Assembly: GCA_963734155.1 (NCBI GenBank) | Contig: CAVTGG010000014.1 | Coordinates: 309,841-373,840 of the forward strand | Source of the DNA: an uncultured Acidobacteriota bacterium | Lineage (GTDB): Bacteria > Acidobacteriota > Thermoanaerobaculia > Gp7-AA8 | Length of the DNA: 64,000 nucleotides | Direction: 5' to 3' | Part shown: positions 31,010-42,419 of the stretch, one piece after another | Position numbering within the stretch: the stretch's first letter is position 1 | Layout of the letters: the number at the start of each line of letters is the position of its first letter | Translations under genes and position numbers: made by a program | Notes under the pieces: model-generated | What the model was told of the DNA's origin: nothing | What the model saw: the letters and a program-made list of their open reading frames with translations, nothing else | Database searches by the model: none

Positions 31010-31948
31010 CTATCGCGGCACACGCACCAGCAGCGATTGCGGCACGATCGTAATCGAAAGCGGCGTCCGCATCGTGAAGACCTCGCCGTCGACGCCGACG
31101 TGGAGGTGCGGCCGCGACGATTGGACGCGCATGCGCTGCGTGCGGAACGAGCGGAAGCCCGGCACTGCGCGTACGCGCCCGGCGAGATAGCGCGCGACGA
31201 ATTTCATCAGCTGCCACCGCGGGATGTGCGACAGCCAGTAAACCGAGAGACGGCCTTCCTCGAGCGTGCTGCGCGGCGCCTGAATGCCGATGCGCGAGAG
31301 GTCGTAGGAGTTGTTGGAGACCATGAACACGTGAGTGCGAATCAGGTCCTGGCGGAAATCGGATTCCACGGTGAACGTCACGTGCGGATACTTGCGCAAC
31401 GTGACGTACGCGGCGTACAGCCGCGCCTTCCAACGCGGATAGTCGCGTCCCTTTTCCTCGCGGCGCGCCACGAGCTCGGGATAGAGACCCATCGAGACGT
31501 TGTTGACGAAGAACCGATCGTTCACGCGCGCGGTATCGATCTGGCGGCGCTCGCCGGTGAGCGCGACCTCGAGCGCGGCACGCCAGTCGAGCGGGATGCC
31601 GAGATCGCGGGCGAAATGGTTGTAGGTCCCGATCGGGAGCACGGCGAGCGCGGCTTCGGTGTGCACGACGGCCTGCATCACGTGGTGCACGGTCCCGTCG
31701 CCGCCGGCGGCGATGAAGAGCTTCGTGCCGCGGCGGAGGTGATCGCGACAGATGGCGGCGATGTCGACACCGGGCCCGAGCTGGACGACTTCGAGATTCG
31801 CCGCGCTCGCGGCGCTCAGCAAAGCGTCGACTTCGGCGGGAGGAAGTTTCGCGCCGGAGGTCATATTCAAGAAAACGATGCCTTTGGCTGGCAATTTCGT
31901 CCGTCCGACCGGCGTTTCCACCGCCGATTCTGCCCATGAGGTTCCCAT
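31010..31948 (-). CDS. diacylglycerol-kinase catalytic-domain lipid kinase (YegS/BmrU-like)
   Basis: The DAGK_cat pattern is KGIVFLNMTSGAK ... FIAAGGDGTVHHV ... LPIGTYNHFARDLG. The start codon overlaps the divergent neighbour's ATG (CATG). Confidence 0.65.
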   Translation of the reverse strand: MGTSWAESAVETPVGRTKLPAKGIVFLNMTSGAKLPPAEVDALLSAASAANLEVVQLGPGVDIAAICRDHLRRGTKLFIAAGGDGTVHHVMQAVVHTEAALAVLPIGTYNHFARDLGIPLDWRAALEVALTGERRQIDTARVNDRFFVNNVSMGLYPELVARREEKGRDYPRWKARLYAAYVTLRKYPHVTFTVESDFRQDLIRTHVFMVSNNSYDLSRIGIQAPRSTLEEGRLSVYWLSHIPRWQLMKFVARYLAGRVRAVPGFRSFRTQRMRVQSSRPHLHVGVDGEVFTMRTPLSITIVPQSLLVRVPR

Positions 31949-34770
31949 GAAAAAGTTCGCGCTCGCGCTCGTCCTACTGCAATTCCTTGTCCTCCCCCTT
32001 TCGGCCGCCGATGCGCCGAAGGAATGCACGCTCTGTGTCGGTGTCGTCGCGCCCGACGGCGCGGGCGTTCCGACGCTCAACCGCGTCGCCGAAGCCGACC
32101 TCGCGACCTACGCGCCGGCGCATCCCACTGACGTCGCGCTGGTCGTCGAGTACGCGATCGACGCACAGAAGGACGCGCTGCTGCAGGTCGAAGAGCACAC
32201 CAAAACCATCATCGACTGGGCGCGCGCACACGGTCCGTTCGATTCCCTCGGCGTCACCGTGATTGGTGCCGATCCGGCATCCGCCGCGTATGCGGTCAAA
32301 CGCCTCGCCGTCACCGCGCAAGGCCTCGACGTCGCGAAGCGGATCGTCGTGACGAGCGGCGTGAAGGAGCTGTTCGACAACGGCGCCGGCGGTTACTTCG
32401 ACGCGGTCGTCGTCGATGCCGCGCAGGTCGCAGACACCCTCGCACTCCTTGCCGAGAAAGATCCTTCGAAGAAGATCTTCGCCGTCGTCAACGTCGAATC
32501 GCCGAACGCGATCTTCGATCTCGCGAAAGTCTTCGGCACCGGCGCGACGCGCGCGTACGCGAACGGCACGGTCGACGCGAGCTCGCTCGCGCAGTTCAAC
32601 AAATCGATGACCGGCGACTGGGCCTTCGACTCGACGTCGAAGATCACCGTTCTCGATGCGAAAGGCAACTCGGTCGACATGCCGGTGCTCGGTTTCGTGC
32701 GCGGCGAAGACCTCCGCACGATGCTCATTCCGCGCGGCGACGCAGCCGCGCCGTCGATCCTCGCGCTGCCGGTCGATCGCTACGTGAATCCGCGCCGCGT
32801 CGACGCGGCGGGCGAGCGCGCGATCACCGACACCGGAAAGAAAGGCAATCGCCTGCTCGTCGGCTCGCCGAAGACGACGCTGCCGTACGCGGTGGTCGTC
32901 GACTACGCGGAGAAGCCGAACCGCAACGTGACGAAGGAAACGATCAGCGTCGCGACGGAGCGCGGTATCTCGGTCGAAGAAGTGATCCGCAATCATCAGG
33001 CGTACGACGCCTATCAGGAAACGATTCAGCCGCGCTACATCGCGCGCAACACGACCAAGCTCCGCTTCGACATCGGCACGGGCAGCGATTCGCTCGAGGC
33101 CACGATCGCCGGCGATTACTTTTCGGATCCGAAAGGGCCGCGCCGATTGGGTGTGGTCGGAGTTCCTGATCAACGGCGTGAAGTGGAAGTACGGCCGCAT
33201 CCCCGAGCTGCCGCTGATTCAGCCGGAGAAAGTCACGCAGCTGCCGCTCGACATCCATCTGACGAACGAGTATCGCTACGAGCTCGTCCGGCAGACCGAG
33301 GTCGACGGATATCGCGTGTATGAAGTGCGCTTCGAGCCGCCGCAGAACGCGCCGGAAAATCTGCCGCTGTATCGCGGCACGGTGTGGATCGACGCGCGGA
33401 CGTGGGCGCGCGTGCGGATCTCGATGATCCAGCTGCACCTCACCGGCGAAGTGCTCTCGAACGAGGAGCGCGTCGACTTCGTGCCGTTCTCGCGCGAGAC
33501 GAAGCAGCCGTTGACCGCCGCGGACGCGGCGAAAATCGACGCCCGCGAGCTGATCTGGCTGCCGGTCGAAGTCGGCGCGCAGCAGGTGGTCTCGGCCGCG
33601 GGACGCGCGAACGTGATTCAGCGCGCGACGACGTTCGACAACTTCCGCGTCGAGCCGCAGGAGTTCGACTCGCTGCTCGCCTCGACGTCCGCGTCGGACG
33701 CGCGCATGGTGCGCGAGACCGAAGCCGGTCTGCGTTACCTCGAAAAGCGCGGGGACGGCGAGCGCGTCGTCAAAGAGGGCTTCGACACGTCGCAGCTCTT
33801 CATGCTCGGCGGCGTGCATCACGACGCGGGACTCGAGTTCCCGGTCGTGCCGCTCGGCGGCATCGACTACTTCAATTTCAATCTCTTCAACAAAGGGATT
33901 CAGACGAACGTCTTCTTCGCCGGAGTCGTGGTCGCGGCGAACGCGACGAAGCCGAGCGTCTTCGGCACGCGCACGAACGTCGGCGCCGATTTCTTCGGCA
34001 TCGCGCTGCCGGTGACGAACTCGATGTATCGCGGCGGCGAGGAGCAGGTCGAGGAAGCGGTGAAGACGATTCCGACTGCGCTGACGCTGCGCGCCGGCCA
34101 TCCCGTGCTGCAGTTCGGAAAGATCGACGTGTCCCTCGGACTCGGACACACGTTCTACAAGCGCGGCGAAGAGACGCCCGACAACTACATCCTGCCGACC
34201 GACACATTCCTCATTCAGCCCGGCATCAACGGCACGTACACGCGCCGCGGCTATTCGCTCTCCGCGTACTACGACTACGCGCGACGCACGTCATGGGAGG
34301 CGTGGGGAAATCTCGCCGAGTTCGATCCCGATCAGAAGAGCTACGCGCGCTTCGGCGGCTCGATCGGCAAGACATTCTTCCTGCCGAAGTTCCAGCGCTT
34401 CGGCATCGACCTCAACTATCTCGACGGCAAGCGCCTCGACCGTTTCTCGAAGTACGAGCTCGGATTCTTCGGCGCGCAGCGCGTGCACGGCGTCCGCTCC
34501 GGTTCGGTGCGCGCCGAGCGCGCGATCCTCGGACATCTGTCGTACGGCTTCGTCTTCTCGCAGCAGTTCCGCCTCGAGGCCTTCTACGATCACGCGCTGA
34601 TCGACGACGCGAACGCGGGATTCAAACGCGAGCCGTTCCAGGGAATCGGCATCGCGGGACAGACCGTCGGTCCGTACGGAACGCTGCTGCGGCTGGACAT
34701 CGGAAAGATGATCGGCCGCAACGCGCAGGAGGGGTTCGTGGCGAACGTGGTGTTTTTGAAGTTGTTCTGA
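31947..34770 (+). CDS. large secreted outer-membrane protein (signal peptide, LolA-like middle region, C-terminal beta-barrel ending ...VVFLKLF; apparent frameshift near 33135)
   Basis: The signal peptide is MKKFALALVLLQFLVLPLSAADA. The two long ORFs join across ...DYFSDPKG | WSEFLINGVKW. There is an OMP-type C-terminal aromatic residue. Confidence 0.5.
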
Positions 34771-34811
34771 GCCCCTCACCCCGACCCTCTCCCCGCGACG
34801 CGGGGAGAGGG
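34770..34811. repeat. REP-like hairpin CCCTCTCCCCGC-GACG-CGGGGAGAGGG with CCCCTCACCCCG leader; likely bidirectional terminator
   Basis: It is homologous to the right half of the 19657-19778 element. It sits between convergent genes. Confidence 0.55.
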
Positions 34812-34825
34812 GGAACGATGAGGGA

Positions 34826-36436
34826 TCAAGGTTGCGGGTTGTTGTTCGCTACGTAGAAGTCCTGCGAGCCGATCTCGTTCGACGTGCCGAACTTGCTCAC
34901 GACGCGCACGGTCAGACGATGCTGCGCATTCACGAGCTTGCGCGTGTCGAACGTGAACGACCAGCCGGACAACCGCGAGTCGACGACGAACGGATACTGC
35001 TCCTGAACGTCGGGCCGCTGCAATCCATAGATCGCATTGCCGACGTAATTGCCATCGACGATCAGCTGCACTTCTTTGACGCCCTGTTCGTTGATCGCCC
35101 AGCCGCGGAACACGACGTCGCCGCCGACATAGTCGTACTTCTGCGGGAACTCGATGAAGCCGGTCGACGGGAATCCGAAGTTGTCGGGCGCGCACTGGAA
35201 CCAGACCGGGATGCCGTCGCCATTCGGCAGATCGGCGAACGTTCCTTCGAGATCGCCGACGCGAATGTGCATCGTGTGATTTCCGGGACGCACGCCGTTG
35301 CTCATCAGCGCGCCGACGTCCATCGTGAAGAAGAAGCCGGCCCGCGGCGCATCGGGATAGGTCGGGTAATACCGCGCCACGTCATATCGCGGCAGGCCGT
35401 AGCAGTTCGCGAATCGCCCGAGGATGATGCCGCAATCGTTCGTCGAATACCAGGAAACGCCGTCGATGAGCAGTTCCGCGTATGCGACGCGGCCGGTGCG
35501 GCCGCGCGTACCGAGGTCGAGCGCCCAGCCGCGGACCGGCGTGAGGTGCGCTTCGGTGCGCACGATCGGTGAAGCGCGCACGGGCTGATTCGTACACGTG
35601 CCCCACAGCACCGCGTCGCGCAACGGCTCATCGAGATAGCCGAACGGCGCGAGGAACGAGTCATTGTTGATGACCTGGATCTGCCGGCGTCCCAGCATGT
35701 TCGACATGCCGAGGCGGTCGACGGCGCGGACTTCGAGAAGATGCACGCCGTTCTCGATCTTGGTCGTGTCGACGTTCGCCACCCATCCGCTCAAGAGCGC
35801 TGCGGGGAAATCGGGATAGCTCGCGCCGACGTCCGGGCGCGGATCGCCGAACATCGCACCCTGAATGATGCCGCCGTCGACGAGCACTTCGATGCGGTTG
35901 ATGCCGTCGAGGTCGGCCGCCCATCCGTTGACCGGGAACGATCCGGTGGCGTTGTACACGGCGGCTTCGTTCGGGATGTCGATGTATCCGAACGGCGCCT
36001 GGTTGATGGAGTTGTTGATGGTGATGGTGCGCCGGCCGAGGAAGTGGATCTGGCCGTTGCTGGCATACACGCGCAACTCGACGGTGTGATTGCCGTTCGT
36101 GAAGCGAGTCGAGCTGAACCCGGTGAGGAATCCGGGACGGGCGGTGTGGATGCCGGGGAAGGTCGGGAAGGCGAGGGCGATGTCGATGCGCGGGAGATTC
36201 AGAACGAAATCGTGCTGATACTGGTCATCGACATAGAGCTCGATCTTGCTGATCTGTGCGACGTCGAGCGCCCAGCCCTGAACGAGAACCATTCCGGACT
36301 GTACGACGTTCGGATCCGGCTTCTCGACGACGCCGATGAATTCCTGTGCGGTGAGTGCGGGCGCAAGAAGCGCGGCCAGCAAGGCGAGAACAAACCCGCG
36401 GGTAACCCATCTCCACATAACCCCAACCTCCAACAC
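34826..36436 (-). CDS. secreted protein with four tandem ~115-aa repeats
   Basis: There is a signal peptide. Each repeat carries GW(A)xDxxGIxxIEVxVDG...RPDV...YP. Confidence 0.5.
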   Translation of the reverse strand: MLEVGVMWRWVTRGFVLALLAALLAPALTAQEFIGVVEKPDPNVVQSGMVLVQGWALDVAQISKIELYVDDQYQHDFVLNLPRIDIALAFPTFPGIHTARPGFLTGFSSTRFTNGNHTVELRVYASNGQIHFLGRRTITINNSINQAPFGYIDIPNEAAVYNATGSFPVNGWAADLDGINRIEVLVDGGIIQGAMFGDPRPDVGASYPDFPAALLSGWVANVDTTKIENGVHLLEVRAVDRLGMSNMLGRRQIQVINNDSFLAPFGYLDEPLRDAVLWGTCTNQPVRASPIVRTEAHLTPVRGWALDLGTRGRTGRVAYAELLIDGVSWYSTNDCGIILGRFANCYGLPRYDVARYYPTYPDAPRAGFFFTMDVGALMSNGVRPGNHTMHIRVGDLEGTFADLPNGDGIPVWFQCAPDNFGFPSTGFIEFPQKYDYVGGDVVFRGWAINEQGVKEVQLIVDGNYVGNAIYGLQRPDVQEQYPFVVDSRLSGWSFTFDTRKLVNAQHRLTVRVVSKFGTSNEIGSQDFYVANNNPQP

Positions 36437-36559
36437 CCGAGTATGCCCTTGGTTACGTTGGCAGAAGTTCGACGTTGCCGACGATACTCCGCTGACTCAG
36501 CAAAATCAAATAATCGCTGCGTCCGTCAGTTTCGTTTTGGCGAGTTTATACTACGGTGC

Positions 36560-37507
36560 GTGAGTTCTCCAACTACCAGCATCGCCATCGACTTAGCCGA
36601 CATCCGCGCCGCCGCCGCGCGCATCGCTCCGTACATTCACCGGACGCCGCTGCTCGCGAGCCGTTCGCTGTCCGAGCGCCTCGGCGTGGAAGTGCGGCTG
36701 AAGTGCGAAAACCTCCAGCGCTCCGGCTCGTTCAAGATCCGCGGCGCGATGAACGCGCTGCTGCAGCTCGACGAAGCGCAGCGCCGCCGCGGCGTCGTGG
36801 CGTTCTCGTCCGGCAATCACGGCCAGGGCGTCGCGCTCGCGGCGAAGATCCTCGGCGTTCCGGCGACTGTCGTGATGCCGGAGAACTCCGTCGAGACGAA
36901 GGTGCTTGCCGTGCGCGCGTATGGCGCCGAGGTCGTGCAGGCGGGCGTGACGGCGGCGACGCGGGACACGGTTGCGCGCCGGATCGCGGAAGAAAAGGGC
37001 GCGGCAGTGATCCCGCCGTTCGACGACGAGCGGATCATCGCCGGACAGGGCACGGTCGGACTCGAGATCGTCGAAGAATGGCCGGAAGCGACGGCGATCG
37101 TCACGCCCCTCGGCGGCGGCGGCTTGCTCTCGGGAGTCGCGCTCGCGGCCGGCGGCCGCGACGCGTACGGCGTCGAGCCGGCGGCAGGAAACGACGGCGA
37201 GCAATCGTTCCGCAAAGGCGAGATCGTTTCGATCGATGCGCCGAAGACGATTGCCGACGGCGCGCGGACGCTGCGCATCGGCGACCGCAACTTCCCCATC
37301 CTGCGCGAGCACGTGCGCGACATCGTGAGCGTCGACGACGACGTGCTGCTCGAGACGCTGAAGTTTGCGATGTATCGGACGAAGATGGTGATGGAGCCGA
37401 CGGCCGTCCTCGGGCTCGCCGCGCTGCTGAGTGGAAAGATCAAGGTGGCCGGGCCGGTGGCGGTGGTGATCAGTGGAGGGAACCTGGACTTCAGGCTCCT
37501 GTGCTGA
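36560..37507 (+). CDS. PLP-dependent threonine/serine dehydratase-family enzyme
   Basis: The PLP-Lys motif is SGSFKIRGA and the Gly-rich loop is SSGNHGQGVA. A GTG start is proposed at 36560, about 120 nt from the divergent gene. Confidence 0.7.
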   Translation: MSSPTTSIAIDLADIRAAAARIAPYIHRTPLLASRSLSERLGVEVRLKCENLQRSGSFKIRGAMNALLQLDEAQRRRGVVAFSSGNHGQGVALAAKILGVPATVVMPENSVETKVLAVRAYGAEVVQAGVTAATRDTVARRIAEEKGAAVIPPFDDERIIAGQGTVGLEIVEEWPEATAIVTPLGGGGLLSGVALAAGGRDAYGVEPAAGNDGEQSFRKGEIVSIDAPKTIADGARTLRIGDRNFPILREHVRDIVSVDDDVLLETLKFAMYRTKMVMEPTAVLGLAALLSGKIKVAGPVAVVISGGNLDFRLLC

Positions 37508-37994
37508 CGATGCGAACGCGAACGATCGTCGCAGTTGCCCTGCTCGCACTGGCCTGTCACTCACGGAGCGGCATTCGCGGCGACGCGGTCGGCTCGGCGT
37601 GGCTCGAGAGGGTGTATCTCACCTACCGCGTTCCCACGGTCTATTTACTCTTCGTCGCCGATGTCGGTCCGCCGGGTGCACCAGGTGGGTGGATGGGCAG
37701 CGGAAGCGTCGGAGGCTGGAACGCGGAGTTGGCCAAGCGTTACCGGGACGACGCATCTCTCACCGAGATCAACGCGCAGCCGATCACCATTCGATTCGCG
37801 ACGCTGCGCGCGGGGGGAACGTCGTTCGATCTGACAGATGGCAATGTTCTGGTCGCACACATGAGCTCAACCGGCGCGCTGACCATCACTCAATTGCCGG
37901 GGCGTGTCGGGCCGGACGAGCCGGTGCATGCCGTCGTGTCACTGATCAAACGCTCCCTTCCCTACGATGCGCGCGTGCAAGCGCTGCCGCTCCC

Positions 37995-39330
37995 ATGACC
38001 GGCTCCCTCTTCGGTGACGACGCCTTTCCATCCGAGCCCGCCGCTCCCGACGACGCTCCTCTCGCCGAACGCCTCCGCCCCCGATCGCTCGACGACGTCG
38101 TCGGGCTCGAGGATCTCCTCGGCAAAGGAAAGTTTCTCCGCAACGCGATCGAGAGCGACCGCATCCCGTCGATGATCTTCTGGGGTCCGCCGGGCTCCGG
38201 AAAAACGACGCTGGCGCGGATCATCGCGCGGACGACGCGCGCGCGGTTCGTGCAGTTTTCCGCGACGAGCACTTCGATCAAAGACATCAAGACGCTGATG
38301 GAAGAGGCGCGCAAGGCGAGGCGCGCGCGAAACTCCAAGACCATCGTCTTCATCGACGAGATTCATCGCTTCAACAAAGCGCAGCAGGACGCGTTTCTGC
38401 AATACGTCGAAGCGGGCGACATCATCCTGATCGGCGCGACGACCGAGAATCCGTCGTTCGAGGTGAACTCGGCGCTGCTCTCGCGCTCGAAGGTGGTCGT
38501 GATTCCGGCGCTGGAGCGCGAGCAGGTGATGACGATTCTGCATCGCGCCGTCGAAGACGCGTCGGTGCGCAAATTCGGAGTCGCGCTGACTGAAGAAGCG
38601 CTCGACTTCATCGCCGCAACCTCGGCGGGCGATGCGCGGCAGGCGCTGACGAGCTTGCAGCTCGTCACGGAGACCGCGTCGACGGAAGACAGTCCGATCG
38701 ACGTCGCGAAGGTGAAAGAGATCCTGCAGCGCCGCTCGCTGATGTACGACAAGTCGGGCGAGGAGCACTACAACATCATCTCCGCGCTGCACAAATCGGT
38801 GCGCAACGGCGACGCCGACGCGGCGGTGTACTGGCTCGTGCGGATGCTCGAAGGCGGCGAAGACCCGCTCTACATCGCGCGGCGCATGGTGCGCGCGGCG
38901 TCGGAAGACATCGGCAACGCCGACCCGCAGGCGCTCGTCCTCGGGATGGCGGTGAAGGAGGCCGTGCACTTCATCGGCATGCCCGAAGCCGGAGTCGCGC
39001 TCGCCCAACTCGTCGCCTACCTCGCCGCCGCCCCGAAATCGAACGCCGCCTACATGGGCTACGGAGACGCCGTCCGCGAAGTGCGCCAGGGCGACAATCC
39101 CCCCGTCCCCCTCCACATCCGCAACGCCCCCACCCGCCTGATGAAAGACCTCGGCTACGGCCACGGCTATCAGTACGCCCACGACCACGAAGACCAAACC
39201 GCAGCGATGGATTGCCTGCCGGAGTCTTTGGCCGGACGGCGGTTTTATGAGCCGAAGGAGGTGGGGGCGGAGACGGGAGATTCGGGAGAGGTTGGAGAGG
39301 ATGAGGAAGGCAAGGGGGAAGAAGGGTTAG
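37995..39330 (+). CDS. rarA: replication-associated recombination protein A (apparent frameshift at G5 run near 39265)
   Basis: The Walker A is GPPGSGKTTLA and the Walker B is FIDEIHRF. The MgsA C-terminal domain is present. A frame-shifted tail ...EIRERLERMRKARGKKG* ends at the TAG at 39328-39330. Confidence 0.8.
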
Positions 39331-40037
39331 GACACTTCCGCGAGGAACGCGGAGATCTCCCTCCACGCCTCCACCGGCGCCGTCTGCAACAGCAAGTGCG
39401 GCGCATCCACCGATTTGTGCACCACGCGCGATCCGATCTGCTCGAACTCGCGCACGTTCGGCCTAACGAGCGCATCGCGCTTGCCGGACAGAATGAGCAT
39501 CGGCGCTTCAATGCGAAAGTCCGCTTTCGGCAGCGAGAAGACCGCACGCATCCGCGCCGCGAGCACGCGTCGCGGAGTCATGGAAATTGCGGCACGAACA
39601 GCAGAGACGAGATCAGGCGAGGCGTGGCGGCCGACGAAGAGCCATCGAATGAGGAAGGGCGGCAAGGGAAGAAGGAAAAGAGCGTTCCAGGGAAGGAAGC
39701 GAAGCAACGGCGTAATCGGCGGTGACACGAAGGTGTTGCAGAGGATCACGGCGATCACGCGATCGGGAAACGCGCGCGTGATCGCGAGAGCGAGCGGGCC
39801 GGAGAAGGAATCGCCGAGGACAGCGAAGCGGCCGGCAGGAAGTTGCGGGCGGACGGCGTGAAAGAGCTCGTCGTAGGACGCGAGCTCCGGAAGGCGGATG
39901 ACGACGGGAGTGACAAAAGAGGGCGCGGTGGCGGTCAGCGGCTCGAAGAGCGTGCCGGTGCCGTCGAGCCCGGGCAGCAGTACCAGCGGCAGCGACGGCA
40001 CGTCATCCCCGAATCGGCTTCTTTTTCCGGTCCTCAC
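39327..40037 (-). CDS. alpha/beta-hydrolase
   Basis: The nucleophile elbow is LGDSFSG. The N-terminal pattern LVLLPGLDGTG is present. Confidence 0.7.
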   Translation of the reverse strand: MRTGKRSRFGDDVPSLPLVLLPGLDGTGTLFEPLTATAPSFVTPVVIRLPELASYDELFHAVRPQLPAGRFAVLGDSFSGPLALAITRAFPDRVIAVILCNTFVSPPITPLLRFLPWNALFLLPLPPFLIRWLFVGRHASPDLVSAVRAAISMTPRRVLAARMRAVFSLPKADFRIEAPMLILSGKRDALVRPNVREFEQIGSRVVHKSVDAPHLLLQTAPVEAWREISAFLAEVS

Positions 40038-40386
40038 CCACGTTCACGTACACCACGTTCGCTTCCGTGACCACCACGCGCTTGTTTACGTCGCGGATCA
40101 CTTCACACACGACCTTCGTCGTGATCGAGGTGTTGCCGATGCGGAGGGTCTCGGTCCAGAACGAGACCAGGTCGCCGACGAAGACGGGCTCGTGGAAGAC
40201 GACCTTGTCCATCGAGACCGTCACCATCAGCTGGCACCCCTGGCGGCGCGCTTCGATCGCGCCGGCCTGGTCGATGTAAGAGAGGATGACTCCGCCGAAG
40301 ATAGTGCCGTGCGCATTCGTGTCGCGCGGCATCATGAGCACGCGGATCGCGGGCTCATCCCACTTCGGCAGAATCTCCGCCGTCAC
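40003..40386 (-). CDS. acyl-CoA thioesterase (hotdog fold, YciA-like)
   Basis: The motifs are NAHGTIFGG and VTVSMDKVVFHEPVFVGDL. Confidence 0.8.
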   Translation of the reverse strand: MTAEILPKWDEPAIRVLMMPRDTNAHGTIFGGVILSYIDQAGAIEARRQGCQLMVTVSMDKVVFHEPVFVGDLVSFWTETLRIGNTSITTKVVCEVIRDVNKRVVVTEANVVYVNVGEDRKKKPIRG

Positions 40387-42347
40387 TAAAGTCCCGCCTG
40401 CTGCTGTTGCTGCGCGGGCGGGTTGAGCAACTGATCGTTCACTTCGATCTTCGACTGCGCGCGGAGGCGCTTGACCAGCGACTGCCGCAGGCTGCGCGCC
40501 TGCTGCTGGCGCAGCTGATTGATGAACGTCCCGCGATTCGCGGTCAGTTCCTGCGCCGTCACCTTCTTCTGCTCGAGCACCTGGAACGCGACCGCGCCTT
40601 CCTTCACGTTGACCGGTCCCTTCAGCTCGCCGACATTCGCGGCGATCGCGGCATCGACGAGCGGCGTGATGTCGCCCGTGATTCCGGGGATCGAGCCCTG
40701 GCGATTCGCGCTGCCTTCCTGCGCCGCGAGTCCCGCCTTCTGCGCGATCTGATCGACCGACGTCGCGCCGAGCATCATCTGCGCGAGCGCGGTCTTCGCG
40801 GCATCGGCGGCCTTCGACTGGCGCACGTCTTCCTCGACCTTCGCGCGCACTTCTTCGAGCGCGGAGACGCCCGAGGGACGGACGTTCTCGAGATACGCGA
40901 TCACCGGACCGCGCGGCGTACCGATCGACGGGCTGACGTCATTCTTCGACGCGGAGAAGATCCACTCCTGCAGCGGCTGGTGTGCGCCGATGCCGGGAAT
41001 CTCGTCGGTCTTCTGAACCCAGCCGGAGTCGTTGGACGTCACCTTGTCGTTCGCGTACGTGATGAACTCCGGCGCGTTGCCGATCTTCTTGCCGGCCAGG
41101 ATCGCCGAGAGACGGTTGATCTCGTTCTGTGCCTGTTCGCGCACCATCGTCTCCGCGGTCCGCGCGGCGAGCTCGCCGCGCACTTCCTCGAACGGCCGCA
41201 GTCCGCCGGCGCGGCGATCGAGAACCTTCACGATGTGAAAGCCGAAGTCGGCGGAGCGGACGGGATCGCTGATCGTGTTCAGAGGAATCTTGAAGATCAC
41301 CTGATCGAAGACGTCGACCGTGACGCCGCGCTCGACCCAGTTCATGTCGCCGCCGTTCGCAGCGGACGACGGATCCTGCGAATTCGCGCGCGCGACCGCC
41401 GCGAAATCCGCGCCGCCGCGCAGCTGGGCCACGAGCGCGTCGGCTTTCGCCTTCGCTGCCGTGACGACGGGGGGCGGCGCGTTCGGCTCGACCTTGATGA
41501 GGATGTGCAGCACGTGCGCTGCTTCCTTCGTGGTGTACTGATCCTTCGCCTCTTCGTACTTTTTGCGCAGCTCCGCTTCGGTCGGAACGACCTGCGCGCG
41601 CAGCTTCGCGTAGTCGGCGAGGAGATAGCGAACCGTGCGCTGCTCGCTGTGCGTGTACTTCGACTGATTGTTGCGGTAGTAGGCGGCGACTTCCTGCGGC
41701 GTGACCGTCACGGTCGCCGCCTGCTGCATCGCCGGCAGGACGACGTAGCGGATCTTCGCGTTCTCGTTGACCCGCTTGTATTCGGCGTCGGCCGCCTTCG
41801 GCGAGATCACCACCGAGTTCGTGAGGACGCTGTCCATCTTCGACGTGGCGATGTCGCGCGCGAGCGCTGCTTCGAAGTCCGCGGCGCTCGGATAGCCGAG
41901 GGGGCCGGTCACGTAGCGGTTGTACATCTCCATCCCGACGAACTTGCCGTCCTGGTTGAAGACCGGAATCGCCAGCAGCTTCTTGCGCACCTCTTCCGGC
42001 GTCGCCGCCAGGTTGAGCTTGCGCGCCTGCTGCGCGAGCAGGCGCTGTTCGATCAGCGACTCCATCACCTGCTGCGGCAGCTTCATCGCCGCCGCCATTT
42101 CCGGCGTGAACTGGCCGCCGTACATCTGGCGGTACATGTCCTCATAGTTCTTGAGGGCACGGTAATAGTCGTTGTGTGTGATCGTCTCGCCGTTCACGCG
42201 CGCGGCGAACGCGCTCGTGTCGGTCCTGCCGCTCAGCGCGCCGCTGATGCCCATGTCGAGAAACACGAAGCCGAACACGAACGCCGCCACGATGGCGATG
42301 AGGATCCACTTGAGTTGATTGAAACTCTCCCGCATCAACTTGAGCAT
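40386..42347 (-). CDS. ppiD: periplasmic chaperone PpiD-like (SurA_N plus parvulin PPIase)
   Basis: There is an N-terminal TM anchor. The parvulin block is DFAAVARANSQDPSSAANGGDMNWVERG. Confidence 0.75.
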   Translation of the reverse strand: MLKLMRESFNQLKWILIAIVAAFVFGFVFLDMGISGALSGRTDTSAFAARVNGETITHNDYYRALKNYEDMYRQMYGGQFTPEMAAAMKLPQQVMESLIEQRLLAQQARKLNLAATPEEVRKKLLAIPVFNQDGKFVGMEMYNRYVTGPLGYPSAADFEAALARDIATSKMDSVLTNSVVISPKAADAEYKRVNENAKIRYVVLPAMQQAATVTVTPQEVAAYYRNNQSKYTHSEQRTVRYLLADYAKLRAQVVPTEAELRKKYEEAKDQYTTKEAAHVLHILIKVEPNAPPPVVTAAKAKADALVAQLRGGADFAAVARANSQDPSSAANGGDMNWVERGVTVDVFDQVIFKIPLNTISDPVRSADFGFHIVKVLDRRAGGLRPFEEVRGELAARTAETMVREQAQNEINRLSAILAGKKIGNAPEFITYANDKVTSNDSGWVQKTDEIPGIGAHQPLQEWIFSASKNDVSPSIGTPRGPVIAYLENVRPSGVSALEEVRAKVEEDVRQSKAADAAKTALAQMMLGATSVDQIAQKAGLAAQEGSANRQGSIPGITGDITPLVDAAIAANVGELKGPVNVKEGAVAFQVLEQKKVTAQELTANRGTFINQLRQQQARSLRQSLVKRLRAQSKIEVNDQLLNPPAQQQQQAGL

Positions 42348-42419
42348 TTGAAAAAACTACCTTTCGAGGGTGCAGAGGTCTGGTCGAAGTTGCAGAAAAA
42401 GCGCGGCAGTCTACCTATT

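Noticed and set aside
31005-31937. N-terminal 300 aa of the 872-aa ORF containing the dynamin-like gene
   Set aside because: This part is antisense to the DAG-kinase-like gene and low-complexity. The GTPase begins at ATG 31004.
36443-36559. Upstream ATG (36443) as start of the threonine-dehydratase-like gene
   Set aside because: It would leave only 6 nt to the divergent gene, and the encoded N-terminal 39 aa are unlike family N-termini. GTG 36560 is preferred, but uncertain.
39331-39725. Extension of the rarA ORF to 39725
   Set aside because: It is antisense to the alpha/beta-hydrolase gene. A 1-nt shift at a G5 run yields a plausible RarA C-terminus ending at the TAG at 39328-39330.
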